A stretch of DNA of 64,000 nucleotides from a phage: assembly GCA_017676145.1 (NCBI GenBank), contig GCA_017676145.1_3628.1; one strand, 5' to 3'. Within the stretch, counting starts at the first letter, position 1. Every line of letters begins with the position of its first letter. The notes beneath the pieces were generated by a model that made no database searches, was not told where the DNA came from, and saw only the letters and a program-made list of their open reading frames with translations. The position numbers and the translations under genes were made by a program. Positions 33,667-42,620 of this stretch are shown here, piece by piece.

Positions 33667-33857
33667 TTGTCATCCCCTTTACGAATATAGATGTGTGAGC
33701 CTGCCTGTATATAAATTTCTCGACCATCTTCTGCAAAAATATGGAATACACGGTCACCTTCGTATTCAATACGGGATATCTTCATAACGGTCTTCCCACC
33801 CGGAATGCGGATCTCATCGCCTACAGCAATGTTCCATGCAGATTTAAGCTTAAACAT
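33663..33857 (-). CDS. hypothetical protein (64 aa)
   Basis: ATG at M3 of track ORF; aaaggaggg SD. Confidence 0.45.
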   Translation of the reverse strand: MFKLKSAWNIAVGDEIRIPGGKTVMKISRIEYEGDRVFHIFAEDGREIYIQAGSHIYIRKGDDK

Positions 33858-34095
33858 CAGCACCCTCCTTTGGTAGCTTGAACTCTGGCATAGCCATATA
33901 CGCTACAACAGGGTTGTGATCAAAGTAGAACTGACCGTTAATTATCCCGGTTTTACTCACATAGTTACCAGATCCTGCAAGAACAACCTCGCAAGCTCCG
34001 AAATCTACATTGCCATCCTCATCAGTCATGGCTACGATATACTTTCCTAGAGGCATGTTTTTAACTCCGTCTACAAATGTCCACCCTTTGTTCAT
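33850..34095 (-). CDS. hypothetical protein (81 aa)
   Basis: Track ORF; caggagat SD. Confidence 0.5.
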   Translation of the reverse strand: MNKGWTFVDGVKNMPLGKYIVAMTDEDGNVDFGACEVVLAGSGNYVSKTGIINGQFYFDHNPVVAYMAMPEFKLPKEGADV

Positions 34096-34115
34096 ACTTT
34101 ATCTCCTGCACTTTC

Positions 34116-34448
34116 TTAAGGTAACCAGTAAACAATCTCGCCTTTCAGCCTCATGTCGTTTCCAACATAAATTTCCCAGCCATCCATCTTAGCAACTGTA
34201 GGCCCAAAGTCATCCGCACCCCTTACCTCTTTCCAGGCTCCGTAGTCAGGTTGCCAGATATAGAATCCACCTTCTTTGTCCCATGCTCCGTACACTACGT
34301 TTAACAGGTTTCCCATTGCAACAATGGTGGGCCGTGGGAATAATACATCTACAGATGCGCCACAATTTCGGGTATCTTTTAAGTTGCAATCCCAAAAGAT
34401 GTCTGCCAGTGTGGCGGCGATAGCTTTACGTCTTTCCAATGTTACCAT
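34116..34448 (-). CDS. hypothetical protein (110 aa)
   Basis: Track ORF; weak SD. Confidence 0.45.
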   Translation of the reverse strand: MVTLERRKAIAATLADIFWDCNLKDTRNCGASVDVLFPRPTIVAMGNLLNVVYGAWDKEGGFYIWQPDYGAWKEVRGADDFGPTVAKMDGWEIYVGNDMRLKGEIVYWLP

Positions 34449-34458
34449 GGCACGATAC

Positions 34459-34650
34459 TCACTTGTTGTTAATAAGTTCTAAAACTTTCTGTCTTACTTT
34501 GTCAAGGTCTGTTGATTCAAAAACTGTGCGATATCCCCAACTTTGCCCATAGGAGTGACTGCAATCTCCGTAGCACCATTGCTCAATTTGATAGTATTCA
34601 AGGAAGGGGTGCTGTCTAACTATGATGCCATCCCGGTTAAAAATTACCAT
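34459..34650 (-). CDS. hypothetical protein (63 aa)
   Basis: Track ORF downstream of promoter 34682..34709. Confidence 0.45.
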   Translation of the reverse strand: MVIFNRDGIIVRQHPFLEYYQIEQWCYGDCSHSYGQSWGYRTVFESTDLDKVRQKVLELINNK

Positions 34651-34681
34651 AATACGTCGCTCTCTGTTAGTCTGTGCGTAT

Positions 34682-34709
34682 ATTATACACTGTAGTTTTC
34701 AGATGTCAA
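34682..34709 (-). promoter_or_regulatory. sigma70-like promoter (TTGACA-16-TATAAT)
   Basis: - strand ttgacatctgaaaactacagtgtataat. Confidence 0.5.
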
Positions 34710-34713
34710 TCTT

Positions 34714-34908
34714 TTACAGGTTACTCCAGTATACTCGGCATTTACATTTCGGGCAATGAGGCTCTTTTATGTAATAACCATCAGTCTTTGGAACACTTTT
34801 TGGTGCAGTTTTAAGATTGTACCGAGTAAAACACCGGAAGCAGGTTACCTCTCCAACCTGTTGATCGTTTATCCACGCGCCAGAGTAAAGCTCTCTCTTG
34901 TTTCTCAT
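34714..34908 (-). CDS. small Cys-rich protein (64 aa, C-x2-C...C-x2-C zinc-ribbon-like)
   Basis: ATG at M20 of track ORF 34714..34965 with gggagag SD; CFRCF...CPKCKC. Confidence 0.4.
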   Translation of the reverse strand: MRNKRELYSGAWINDQQVGEVTCFRCFTRYNLKTAPKSVPKTDGYYIKEPHCPKCKCRVYWSNL

Positions 34909-34934
34909 AATTCTCTCCCAAATCCTCTGCAATC

Positions 34935-35105
34935 TTATACCAAAATCTCCAGCCAGAAAGCACACGGGAACACTTTGATGATTGAATCTTTACCTGGTTC
35001 AGAAGTTCTTTTTCCGTAGGGTAGGTAGAAATGCCCTCCTGCAGATTCGAATATAGCTCCTTCGGTTGTATCTATCACAGCCAGAATTAAGATTTTAGTC
35101 TCCAT
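34935..35105 (-). CDS. micro-ORF (56 aa)
   Basis: ATG after acaggggaac SD downstream of promoter 35135..35163; not on track. Confidence 0.3.
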   Translation of the reverse strand: METKILILAVIDTTEGAIFESAGGHFYLPYGKRTSEPGKDSIIKVFPCAFWLEILV

Positions 35106-35134
35106 AGTGTTCCCCTGTTTTAGTCGTTGTGGTG

Positions 35135-35163
35135 ACTATACCACCTCAGAAGATGGTCGTCAA
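35135..35163 (-). promoter_or_regulatory. sigma70-like promoter (TTGACG-17-TATAGT)
   Basis: - strand ttgacgaccatcttctgaggtggtatagt overlapping stop of macro-domain gene. Confidence 0.45.
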
Positions 35164-35618
35164 CACTTTTTGTACTCCACCACAATCACATCAATGTCTG
35201 TGGTGGCAAGATTAATAACGTCTTCCACGTGTTCCCACTTTAGACCACCAATACCGCATCCGATTTTAGGAATGTAGAACGGTAATGACATACCTTTGAA
35301 TACCTCGTTGACTCGCTCAAAGCCTTTCATGATTGAGAAGTATTCAGCATTGGGCCCTGGGTAGAACTGGGTATACAGGTTGATTCCATATACGACCCTG
35401 TTCTTGGCAAAATGCTCCCAACAAGAAAACATGCCCAGCTTGTCTAGATTACCATAAGCAGTTTCTTTGTCGGCTGCCAGTGCTTGAGGGAACTCACGGG
35501 CAATATCTTTCGCTATACCTGCACCCATTGTGTGAAAGCAGTTACAACCGTGGATCATGTGGCCTGACCCTTTCTTGAAAATGGAGATTAGATCTCCACC
35601 TATAGTATCAATAATCAC
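35160..35618 (-). CDS. macro domain protein (ADP-ribose binding / de-ADP-ribosylation family)
   Basis: GDLISIF...HMIHGCNCFHTMGAGIAKDI and IGCGIGG segments match the macro-domain nucleotide-binding pattern by eye; start set at in-frame GTG (V34 of track ORF), because upstream gene occupies 35608..36033; exact start uncertain. Confidence 0.65.
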   Translation of the reverse strand: MIIDTIGGDLISIFKKGSGHMIHGCNCFHTMGAGIAKDIAREFPQALAADKETAYGNLDKLGMFSCWEHFAKNRVVYGINLYTQFYPGPNAEYFSIMKGFERVNEVFKGMSLPFYIPKIGCGIGGLKWEHVEDVINLATTDIDVIVVEYKKC

Positions 35619-36033
35619 GGTATGCCAGCTCCTCTTCCGCAATTTCAAAAAACTCAGTCCAGCACTGTGGCATATTGGAGTTACCGAAGTGGCTTTCATA
35701 GTAAAGGTTCTCACCACTCGGAAGATAGAAATCTGTTACCTCGTAGAATCCACAATCGTCGCACTCACCTTCTTCAAACTTGGCCTCAACCTTGATACCG
35801 AGGAAGGTGAAAAGTTTATGGATATCTTCAGTTTCGAACTCCCAGTGAATGTTGTTTTCCGCATCGGTGTAGAACTGGATCAGCAGACCATTGTCCAGTT
35901 TACCAAAATACTCTGTGAAGTAACTTCCTTCCCAGAAATCTTTATGACAAATAATATCCATGCGTTTGCCCATAATAATGGTGTGAGCGTTTTGGGCATC
36001 ATCACGAATCAGTTTTGGCATTTCATAGGTCAT
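35608..36033 (-). CDS. hypothetical acidic protein (141 aa)
   Basis: Track ORF; ggaga SD. Confidence 0.5.
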   Translation of the reverse strand: MTYEMPKLIRDDAQNAHTIIMGKRMDIICHKDFWEGSYFTEYFGKLDNGLLIQFYTDAENNIHWEFETEDIHKLFTFLGIKVEAKFEEGECDDCGFYEVTDFYLPSGENLYYESHFGNSNMPQCWTEFFEIAEEELAYRDY

Positions 36034-36101
36034 CTTAGTTCTCCGGGTTCAACAGGTGGTGGCGCTATAGGAAGATCATAAAACATGGCTATCACATCCT
36101 C

Positions 36102-36299
36102 TTACACAGGAATTGCTTCAAATAGACCGTTATCTATACCGTCCTTCAGATAGAGATTATATTCTATGTCTGTATCTGTATAAAGGGCAGCATCCAGCAT
36201 TCTATCTGTGAGTCCATCCATCGGGTGGAGAAACCACCACCCACGCCAGTCAAAGTAACAGCCTGGTGCATCTTCTCTTACACGGATTCGATAAATCAT
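36102..36299 (-). CDS. hypothetical protein (65 aa)
   Basis: Track ORF; caggagg SD. Confidence 0.45.
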   Translation of the reverse strand: MIYRIRVREDAPGCYFDWRGWWFLHPMDGLTDRMLDAALYTDTDIEYNLYLKDGIDNGLFEAIPV

Positions 36300-36395
36300 G
36301 GGCAGTGGCCTCCTGTTAGTTATACATCCCAGTTTTCTTCGTTCATCACGTCCTCCCGTTCTATGAAGTTATAATTGCACACCTTTCAATCTGTG

Positions 36396-36812
36396 TCAAC
36401 AGAAAACTTCAACAAATTCTTCCACAGTTTTAATGTCGTGGGAAAAAGGTTTACGGCTATAACGGGCAATAGCACTATCAACCATCGCCCGGTACTCCAA
36501 ATCTTCAGAATATTTCATGAAGCATTGTAGCGTCTCTGGACAGATAGCTAAATAGCTCCACCACCCCTCTTCAGATTGGTAGTCGAATCCCATACTCTCC
36601 AACCACGAAGCATATACGCCTGCACCCTCAAGCCAGTGAGTATTTTCATCCAGAAACTTGTTAATAGACATGTGAGCTTCTAAGCATTTATCCAGCTCTT
36701 TTCCGTTAACCAGCCACGCACTGACAGTGGCGCATCCAAGGTCCACAGATTGAGTTGATAGATTGTATTGGTCATAGTTCTCAGGTTTAACAATGATATC
36801 TTCTAATGTCAT
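36396..36812 (-). CDS. hypothetical acidic protein (138 aa)
   Basis: Track ORF; aaggaga SD immediately after terminator 36829..36859. Confidence 0.55.
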   Translation of the reverse strand: MTLEDIIVKPENYDQYNLSTQSVDLGCATVSAWLVNGKELDKCLEAHMSINKFLDENTHWLEGAGVYASWLESMGFDYQSEEGWWSYLAICPETLQCFMKYSEDLEYRAMVDSAIARYSRKPFSHDIKTVEEFVEVFC

Positions 36813-36828
36813 TTTTCAGATCTCCTTA

Positions 36829-36859
36829 TACAAAAATGCCCCACCCTTTCGGGCAGGGC
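36829..36859 (-). terminator. rho-independent terminator with GAAA tetraloop (copy 1 of identical pair)
   Basis: - strand GCCCTGCCC-GAAA-GGGTGGGGC followed by ATTTTTG; identical 22-nt hairpin at 48641..48662. Confidence 0.65.
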
Positions 36860-36874
36860 TATGTCAGTTAGGTG

Positions 36875-37498
36875 CTAAAAGTATTCATAGAGGTATCCAT
36901 CGGGAGCTGGAATTTTTTCATGAATGTAGTAATCAACACATATTCCTGTTTCTCTTCTACAAGAATTGTGGGATACCCATTCTTTAAGAACGTTGCCATT
37001 CATGTCCAACCTCCTTACATTTTTACACCGTCTACCGCTGGTGCTTCTATGCAACAGAATATCCTCCGTCTGCTTGTCTTTATTTTCTCCCCAGGTCGTT
37101 AAACGGATATTATCAAAAGAGTACCCTTTGAAATCATCTATCCTGTCACAAGAGGGCTTTTTCCTTTTGTCGTATCCGCTGGCTACCCACTGGTCATACA
37201 ACTCTTTGTAACCGTTCAGGTATAGCCACTCCTTAAACTCTTTTTTGGTGTAAGTCGGAGGAGGGTGACCTCTTTGCTTGCTGTTGCACTTTTGAGCCTT
37301 GTACAACACGCGTATTACACCTTTTTCTGAAGAGTCGTGGGAAAACTGGTCAGCCTCCCTACTGGCCTTCTTACAACACTCTTTGCACTTATTAAGATGA
37401 CCGTCAGACATCTTTGGGTGTTTGTAGAACTCGGAGAGGTTTTTCACCTCTCCGCACTTGATGCACCTCTTACAATGCGTGGATTCTACTTTTGCCAT
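36875..37498 (-). CDS. Cys-rich protein with degenerate HNH-like C-terminal motif (possible free-standing homing endonuclease)
   Basis: ATG at M30 of track ORF; N-terminal CKRCIKCG...CKECC zinc ribbon; C-terminal [15 protein letters not shown] resembling HNH tail; overlaps 3' end of 37470..38741. Confidence 0.35.
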   Translation of the reverse strand: MAKVESTHCKRCIKCGEVKNLSEFYKHPKMSDGHLNKCKECCKKASREADQFSHDSSEKGVIRVLYKAQKCNSKQRGHPPPTYTKKEFKEWLYLNGYKELYDQWVASGYDKRKKPSCDRIDDFKGYSFDNIRLTTWGENKDKQTEDILLHRSTSGRRCKNVRRLDMNGNVLKEWVSHNSCRRETGICVDYYIHEKIPAPDGYLYEYF

Positions 37499-38741
37499 AT
37501 TGCAAACCCACCGGAGCGAAAGGTATGTCATCACAGAAGTCATACTGTGCTGGATTCTGATCCATTGGGTCATCTTCCGCATCATCTACAGGAGGGGCGT
37601 CTACAGTGTTTTGCTGTGGAGTGGCTTCCTGTTTGGCAGCTTGAGGTTCTTGATGCTCAGTAGTCCCCGCACCATTCTTGATCCAATCGTACAACGGTTC
37701 AGCAAGATTAGTCAAGACATCTTTTGCCTCTGCAGTAATTGCTGCTGCAAAATCATCAACTTTCGTTTTCTTGTCAATACGGCGACAAGCGTTCAATACC
37801 GCGTTACCAACACTGGCACCTACTTCATCTTCAGTCCGGTTGGTGGCTTGAGCGTACTCTTTCTTAAGCTCGATGGTGACCACGTGCAATGTTTTAGCCA
37901 CATCTAAAGGGCTGTCAATCTTAAACCCGCGATCCAGAATGATCTGCAACGCATTGATACTGTGCCCTGTCTCTACACCAATGGGGTCGTAAGAGGATTT
38001 ACGCTTACCACCAGAACCTTGTGTACCGTTCTCTGCTTTAGGCGGGTAGGCCTTGAAGCCGCTGATAATATTCCCGGTGTCTTTGTCAACAATAGCTGCA
38101 ACACGACCGCCAACCACCAGATCTTTAAGCTGCTCATCAGTGACAACCATGGCACCTTCGCCAATCTTGTGGTCATTAACAGTAACCACGTTGCCAACAA
38201 TCTGAGTCACATCGCCATAGATGCGTAAAACGTCCTGATTGGCATTCTGCTGAGGTTTCTGCTTCTGACCTTGTGATTGTGCACCTTGTTGCTGTTTTTG
38301 TTGCTGTGGAGCTGCTGGAGCCTCTCCTGCACCCAGTTTGACCATCTTAGCCAGTGAGCCTTTGTAATAGGTCTTACCGTTATGCTCATTTGCCTTTAAA
38401 GGGATATTTACGATCCATCCTGGCGTTACTGTTTCCCACTTGTCATCAATTTTAACAGAGACGGAATCTTGATGACCAGGTTTGAGCAATTTATCACCCA
38501 TGCTGATCCAAACTTCTTCACCACCTTGAAGTAGGTTATCAGAAGAATCCAGTTCAGAAATCAGTAAAGAGATGGTATGGCTGGACTCGATTTTCTTACC
38601 TTGCCACACAGTGGTTTTAATACCTGTTGTAGGATCGGCACCTTTGATAGGCTTGATGCTGACACGTTTAATCATGCCGTGAGCCAGTAAAACAGTTTCA
38701 CGCGGATTCATCGGGTTAGCGAATTGTTGAATAACGCTCAT
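37470..38741 (-). CDS. putative ssDNA-binding protein-like protein (423 aa) with Gln-rich linker and acidic DDIPF motif
   Basis: Low-complexity Q-rich linker and C-proximal acidic DFCDDIPF resembling SSB tail; aaggaga SD. Function call is tentative. Confidence 0.35.
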   Translation of the reverse strand: MSVIQQFANPMNPRETVLLAHGMIKRVSIKPIKGADPTTGIKTTVWQGKKIESSHTISLLISELDSSDNLLQGGEEVWISMGDKLLKPGHQDSVSVKIDDKWETVTPGWIVNIPLKANEHNGKTYYKGSLAKMVKLGAGEAPAAPQQQKQQQGAQSQGQKQKPQQNANQDVLRIYGDVTQIVGNVVTVNDHKIGEGAMVVTDEQLKDLVVGGRVAAIVDKDTGNIISGFKAYPPKAENGTQGSGGKRKSSYDPIGVETGHSINALQIILDRGFKIDSPLDVAKTLHVVTIELKKEYAQATNRTEDEVGASVGNAVLNACRRIDKKTKVDDFAAAITAEAKDVLTNLAEPLYDWIKNGAGTTEHQEPQAAKQEATPQQNTVDAPPVDDAEDDPMDQNPAQYDFCDDIPFAPVGLQYGKSRIHAL

Positions 38742-39106
38742 TATTTATCTCCTTGTTCTTCGTTAGTGTTTGCCGTGTGTGCAAACCCTGCTTGAATTAA
38801 TTTGTCCTGAACTTGAGCCAACAGGCCCATTGCAAAACTTGTGGTCCCAGAGAGGGCCATCAGCATATCTCGTTGTTGAGCTACCCAACCTAAGGCATAG
38901 TCCAAACGACGATATTTTTCTTCTTCACGCAGAGCCTGGAATAATTGTTCAGCCTCTGGCTGTTGTGTAAGCTCCTGAAGTCTTCCCATGAAAGAAGAAA
39001 GCACTAGCAGAAGAGACACTTGATCTTTACTTAACCCTAAGAAAAATTCTTGAGGTTGTTCTTGCTCGTTCATCGCAACCGACGCTTGATCGTTCATTTG
39101 TTCCAT
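38741..39106 (-). CDS. hypothetical protein (121 aa)
   Basis: ATG at M16 of track ORF 38741..39151 (ggaga SD); 5' UTR hairpin aggaga...tctcct upstream. Confidence 0.4.
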   Translation of the reverse strand: MEQMNDQASVAMNEQEQPQEFFLGLSKDQVSLLLVLSSFMGRLQELTQQPEAEQLFQALREEEKYRRLDYALGWVAQQRDMLMALSGTTSFAMGLLAQVQDKLIQAGFAHTANTNEEQGDK

Positions 39107-39188
39107 TGTGGAATCTCCGATTTTATTTGAACAACATAAAGGAGACACCATTTTAGCATCTCCTTCTGTAAATTACAACAGGTATTTG

Positions 39189-39434
39189 TTAGCCAATTAC
39201 TTCGAAAGTACCCCAACTCCCGTTCAGCAGGCAGGTGATCGGATCACCATCATCGTCAATTATTTCAAAGTTTTCAACATCCAGAATATGGTCATCGAAC
39301 ACAATACTTTCGTCACCACCGCCAGAAACAACAGTGTATTCCTTACCTTGAGTCAAGTTTTGACACCCTTTGCCACCAAAACCCACTTCAACACAACGCA
39401 CTTTCTGTCCTGCACGAGCAACTACTTCAGCCAT
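39189..39434 (-). CDS. hypothetical acidic protein (81 aa)
   Basis: Track ORF; caggagacc SD. Confidence 0.5.
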   Translation of the reverse strand: MAEVVARAGQKVRCVEVGFGGKGCQNLTQGKEYTVVSGGGDESIVFDDHILDVENFEIIDDDGDPITCLLNGSWGTFEVIG

Positions 39435-39451
39435 CTTAAGGTCTCCTGATA

Positions 39452-39754
39452 TTAATCGTCAAGTTCAAAATAGATTTTAACAGCTTCATCAAAGATTGGA
39501 ATCCCGATGTTGTTGATAAGCTGCCAAACTACCATATCTTTTCCTGGATCTGGGAGAATGTCAACCTTTCTCCATGCGCTGTATACCCAGTTCGGACCAC
39601 CTTCTGCGCTAATTGGAAGATTTTCACCAGCTTCCTGCAGATACTTATACAGCAAAAGATATTCTGGGTACTCTAAAACACTATCCTCTGTGGTATACAA
39701 TAGTTCACGGTATACTTTCAGAAATCCTTCTGGGGTAATGTTTTCAGTCTTCAT
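39452..39754 (-). CDS. hypothetical protein (100 aa)
   Basis: ATG at M7 of track ORF 39452..39772; aggagaag SD. Confidence 0.45.
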   Translation of the reverse strand: MKTENITPEGFLKVYRELLYTTEDSVLEYPEYLLLYKYLQEAGENLPISAEGGPNWVYSAWRKVDILPDPGKDMVVWQLINNIGIPIFDEAVKIYFELDD

Positions 39755-40145
39755 TTGCTGCTTCTCCTGCATTCATCAGATCTGCCATAGCGTCACCCAC
39801 GAAGAGGACAACCACGTCGTTGACAGCGTCAGCATCATCTTTATTAATGTTGCTGAATTTGGGGCACACTGCAATGACCATATATACCCCGTTGCCCAAC
39901 TGAACAGTGCGTGTAGTGCACATCAGTGTGGTGTTTGTGCCTTCTTTAAAGGCAAATCCTTGCAGACGTTCTTCCAGAGAGTCGCCTGTTGATTTCAACA
40001 AGGCAAGATCGCCCAATGAGTAGGTAGTGTCCTCATAGGTCAGTCCAGAGGTCAGTGTTGCCTTTCCATCAGAAACTATAATAACCCCATCGGCACCGTC
40101 AAGCTCAGAGGCTTCAAAGATATTGATATCCCAAATGTTTTTCAT
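39744..40145 (-). CDS. hypothetical acidic protein (133 aa)
   Basis: ATG at M2 of track ORF; overlaps upstream stop. Confidence 0.5.
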   Translation of the reverse strand: MKNIWDINIFEASELDGADGVIIVSDGKATLTSGLTYEDTTYSLGDLALLKSTGDSLEERLQGFAFKEGTNTTLMCTTRTVQLGNGVYMVIAVCPKFSNINKDDADAVNDVVVLFVGDAMADLMNAGEAANED

Positions 40146-40417
40146 CACTCTGCCTCATCATCTAAGTAATCATCAAGAGAGGTGAAGATTTCACCGAAGT
40201 ATTCTAAGATCTCTAGCTCGCGTGTGGTGCAGCAAACATAATCTCCCTGGTCGTCCTTGATAGTAGCCTCTTTACCCAGAACATCTACTTCAAATTCATC
40301 GTTCAACAGGACGGCCCCTGTGTAAACTTTGTCAGCTGTGCAGTCCCGAAAAGCAGAGTCCTTTTCCAGATAGTCTGGCTTAACCTTGGCTTTAATTCGT
40401 TGATATTGTTTGGTCAT
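40145..40417 (-). CDS. small Cys-containing protein (90 aa), paralog of 40481..40735
   Basis: ATG at M21 of track ORF 40145..40477 (aaagggga SD) downstream of promoter 40449..40477; shares KP.Y...AF.DCT...Y...DDQGD.V.CTT pattern with neighbour. Confidence 0.5.
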   Translation of the reverse strand: MTKQYQRIKAKVKPDYLEKDSAFRDCTADKVYTGAVLLNDEFEVDVLGKEATIKDDQGDYVCCTTRELEILEYFGEIFTSLDDYLDDEAE

Positions 40418-40448
40418 TGCTGTGGTCCCCTTTCGTTTTGATAGGGCC

Positions 40449-40477
40449 ATTATATTAGGCCCCATCACTGTTGTCAA
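40449..40477 (-). promoter_or_regulatory. sigma70-like promoter (TTGACA-17-TATAAT)
   Basis: - strand ttgacaacagtgatggggcctaatataat. Confidence 0.55.
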
Positions 40478-40480
40478 GTA

Positions 40481-40735
40481 TTAATGTTCAGGTTTTACAA
40501 AAACTACTTCATTAACAGTGCACCAGACAGAGTCTCCTTCATCATCTTTAAAGGTAAGGCACTGGGCTGAGTTTTCCAGCTCATCAATCTCTTCTTGTGA
40601 TAAAGGGGCCCCTTCTTCCAGAAGGGCTTTTACCAGAGGGTTCTCACAAAACTCTGCTTCATAAATTGCACCGACTGTGCAATCCTTAAAAGCCCGGTCA
40701 TTTGCAACACATTCTGGCTTCAAAGTAATTTTCAT
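40481..40735 (-). CDS. small Cys-containing protein (84 aa), paralog of 40145..40417
   Basis: Track ORF; aaggaga SD. Confidence 0.5.
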   Translation of the reverse strand: MKITLKPECVANDRAFKDCTVGAIYEAEFCENPLVKALLEEGAPLSQEEIDELENSAQCLTFKDDEGDSVWCTVNEVVFVKPEH

Positions 40736-40811
40736 CTTGGCAGTCTCCTTAGTTATTTAAAAATCAACGCTCTGTTTGTGTGAAGCATCTTATACCTAAT
40801 CTTACTTCTTG

Positions 40812-41183
40812 TCAATGACTATTTTCAATCATCCACACAGGGTCTAGGTAAATCTGTTGGCGTTTTGCCCAATGACAAACTTCATTGTACATCTGAATCT
40901 CTTTGTCCGTCAGTTCACGAATAGGCTCATCTATACCCTCATTTTTGTGGTAATCCCATTCGGCATCGATTTCCCACAACCATGACTTACGATCTTCACG
41001 TTTACGCACACAGAAGTCCCCAGGACGGCCTGCCAGTGCATTTAAGAACTCGTTCTCCGCTCGCTCCTGGAGAATACTGAGGAGCAAAACGTTGGAGCAC
41101 GACCGTAAGATATGCTTCAGCTCACAATCATCAATCTCAACTTCAATACGTTGCTTGACTGTGTGGGTACCTTTTACTAACAT
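40812..41183 (-). CDS. hypothetical protein (123 aa)
   Basis: ATG at M10 of track ORF 40812..41210 preceded by aggagg SD. Confidence 0.5.
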   Translation of the reverse strand: MLVKGTHTVKQRIEVEIDDCELKHILRSCSNVLLLSILQERAENEFLNALAGRPGDFCVRKREDRKSWLWEIDAEWDYHKNEGIDEPIRELTDKEIQMYNEVCHWAKRQQIYLDPVWMIENSH

Positions 41184-41193
41184 TCTGCCTCCT

Positions 41194-41388
41194 CTAGACA
41201 AACTCTGCAAGGGTTGTGTTGTTCACTGCACCGCAGTAGATGGAATACCCCAACCCATTATGGTGCAGAAACCACGGCACACCTTGGTCATCCTTCACGT
41301 ATACATCTCCATTTTCCGTAAAGGGCCAATACTCCTCTCCGATGGTAAAATACCTACTCATACCTTCAGCCAGATACTTTACTTTCAT
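41194..41388 (-). CDS. small protein (64 aa), member of tandem paralog trio
   Basis: YW.F.ENGDVYVKDDQGVPWFLHHNG.GY.IY pattern shared with 41385 and 41609 ORFs. Confidence 0.5.
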   Translation of the reverse strand: MKVKYLAEGMSRYFTIGEEYWPFTENGDVYVKDDQGVPWFLHHNGLGYSIYCGAVNNTTLAEFV

Positions 41389-41612
41389 AGATCCTCTTCA
41401 ACAGCTACAAACTTGGCAAGTAGGGTGGTTCCATAGATATGATACTCACCATTTGCCAGATGGGAGATAAACCAGGCAACACCTTCCTCGTCTTCGATCA
41501 TATTGTTCCTGCGATCCTTATCGTAGTAAACCTTGTAGACCTTACCTTCTTCAAAGAATGACAGGTCTGTCATCTTTTCTTCTACAAACGTCGCTTTAAC
41601 CAAAGTTGTCAT
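41385..41612 (-). CDS. small protein (75 aa), member of tandem paralog trio
   Basis: KVYKVYYDKD...EGVAWFISHLANGEYHIY; start overlaps upstream stop. Confidence 0.5.
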   Translation of the reverse strand: MTTLVKATFVEEKMTDLSFFEEGKVYKVYYDKDRRNNMIEDEEGVAWFISHLANGEYHIYGTTLLAKFVAVEEDL

Positions 41613-41920
41613 TGATCTGCCTCCTTCTTGTTGAGCCGGAACACTGCAATAATAGCATTTCCAAGATGCAGTGTCAAATCATTTCCCAGATACCATAACA
41701 TTCCACGGTCATCTTTAATGAAAGGGTAACAATCCGGTGCCTTCCAGACATTATACACTTTGCCGACCTGAAAGAAATCAGGCCCTGTTGGAATTTTAGT
41801 ACCTGGCCACACTTGAGACACCTGAACGCACTCTACCTGCATAATAACAGGAATAGTCATGGAGGTAAATGTTTTTGTCGGTTCTACTACCATAAAAGTC
41901 TCCTCTCTATCTAACAACAC
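41609..41920 (-). CDS. small protein (103 aa), member of tandem paralog trio
   Basis: KVYNVWKAPD...RGMLWYLGNDLTLHL. Confidence 0.5.
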   Translation of the reverse strand: MLLDREETFMVVEPTKTFTSMTIPVIMQVECVQVSQVWPGTKIPTGPDFFQVGKVYNVWKAPDCYPFIKDDRGMLWYLGNDLTLHLGNAIIAVFRLNKKEADQ

Positions 41921-41952
41921 TTCCGTGTGTTGATAGTTTACATTAGTGACAA

Positions 41953-42609
41953 TCAGCTTACCGAGAAATTCTGCTCGGACATACTCTTCGGGGACCTCTT
42001 CCCTTTGTTTTTACACCTTGCGGTTTTAGGTATCCCAGTGTACCATGCCCAACTCCTCCCAGTCAAGATATTGGAAATGGTTATTTGATTAACACCGAAA
42101 AGATCTGCTATAGCTTGCTGTGACATACCTGTTTTGGAAAGCTTTAATATTTCGTCAACATCTCTCTCTTTAAGTTTTGCACAGTATGATCTTTCCCCTC
42201 TTGTTTTACAGTAATCGTAGTCCACATCTTGGGCATTTTTTGAAGGCGAGGCCCATTCAAGGTTATCAGCAGCATTGTTTAGACGATTATGGTCTTTATG
42301 ATTAATCGGCACATAATCCAGCCCTGCTGCCTTACACTCTTCTACAAGCTCTTTTGAGGGAGGCTCTAGAAAGGTCTCGGCAATTAACCTGTGAAGCAAT
42401 TCCGATCTTCCATCCACATTTACTTGAATGTAACCGCTACTGTCTACGCTACCTTTTAAAATCCTGTCAGGGACAGCTTTGAAAGTAACTTTACCTGTTT
42501 GGTTACTGTACTTTCTCAGGTAAGACAGCCTTTTAATCCTTCCTTTGCTGCTAACTTCATAGTCGGCCTCCTTGCCAACCAGTTTTCTCCATTCCTCCAT
42601 AGCAAACAT
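41953..42609 (-). CDS. free-standing HNH homing endonuclease (NUMOD4-like N-terminus, HNH core, C-terminal HTH)
   Basis: EEWRKLVGKEADYEVSSKGRIKR (NUMOD4-like), INHKDHNRLNNAADNLEW (HNH), GMSQQAIADLFGVNQITISNIL (HTH); located 12 nt downstream of DNA polymerase exon 2. Confidence 0.75.
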   Translation of the reverse strand: MFAMEEWRKLVGKEADYEVSSKGRIKRLSYLRKYSNQTGKVTFKAVPDRILKGSVDSSGYIQVNVDGRSELLHRLIAETFLEPPSKELVEECKAAGLDYVPINHKDHNRLNNAADNLEWASPSKNAQDVDYDYCKTRGERSYCAKLKERDVDEILKLSKTGMSQQAIADLFGVNQITISNILTGRSWAWYTGIPKTARCKNKGKRSPKSMSEQNFSVS

Positions 42610-42620
42610 CTCTTATCAGA

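Noticed and set aside
35557-36081. 174-aa + strand ORF
   Set aside because: Antisense to macro-domain gene and neighbour; no SD; both - strand genes have better support.
37458-38228. + strand ORFs (149 aa and 88 aa) inside the SSB-like gene
   Set aside because: Antisense to a well-supported - strand gene with SD; no start signals.
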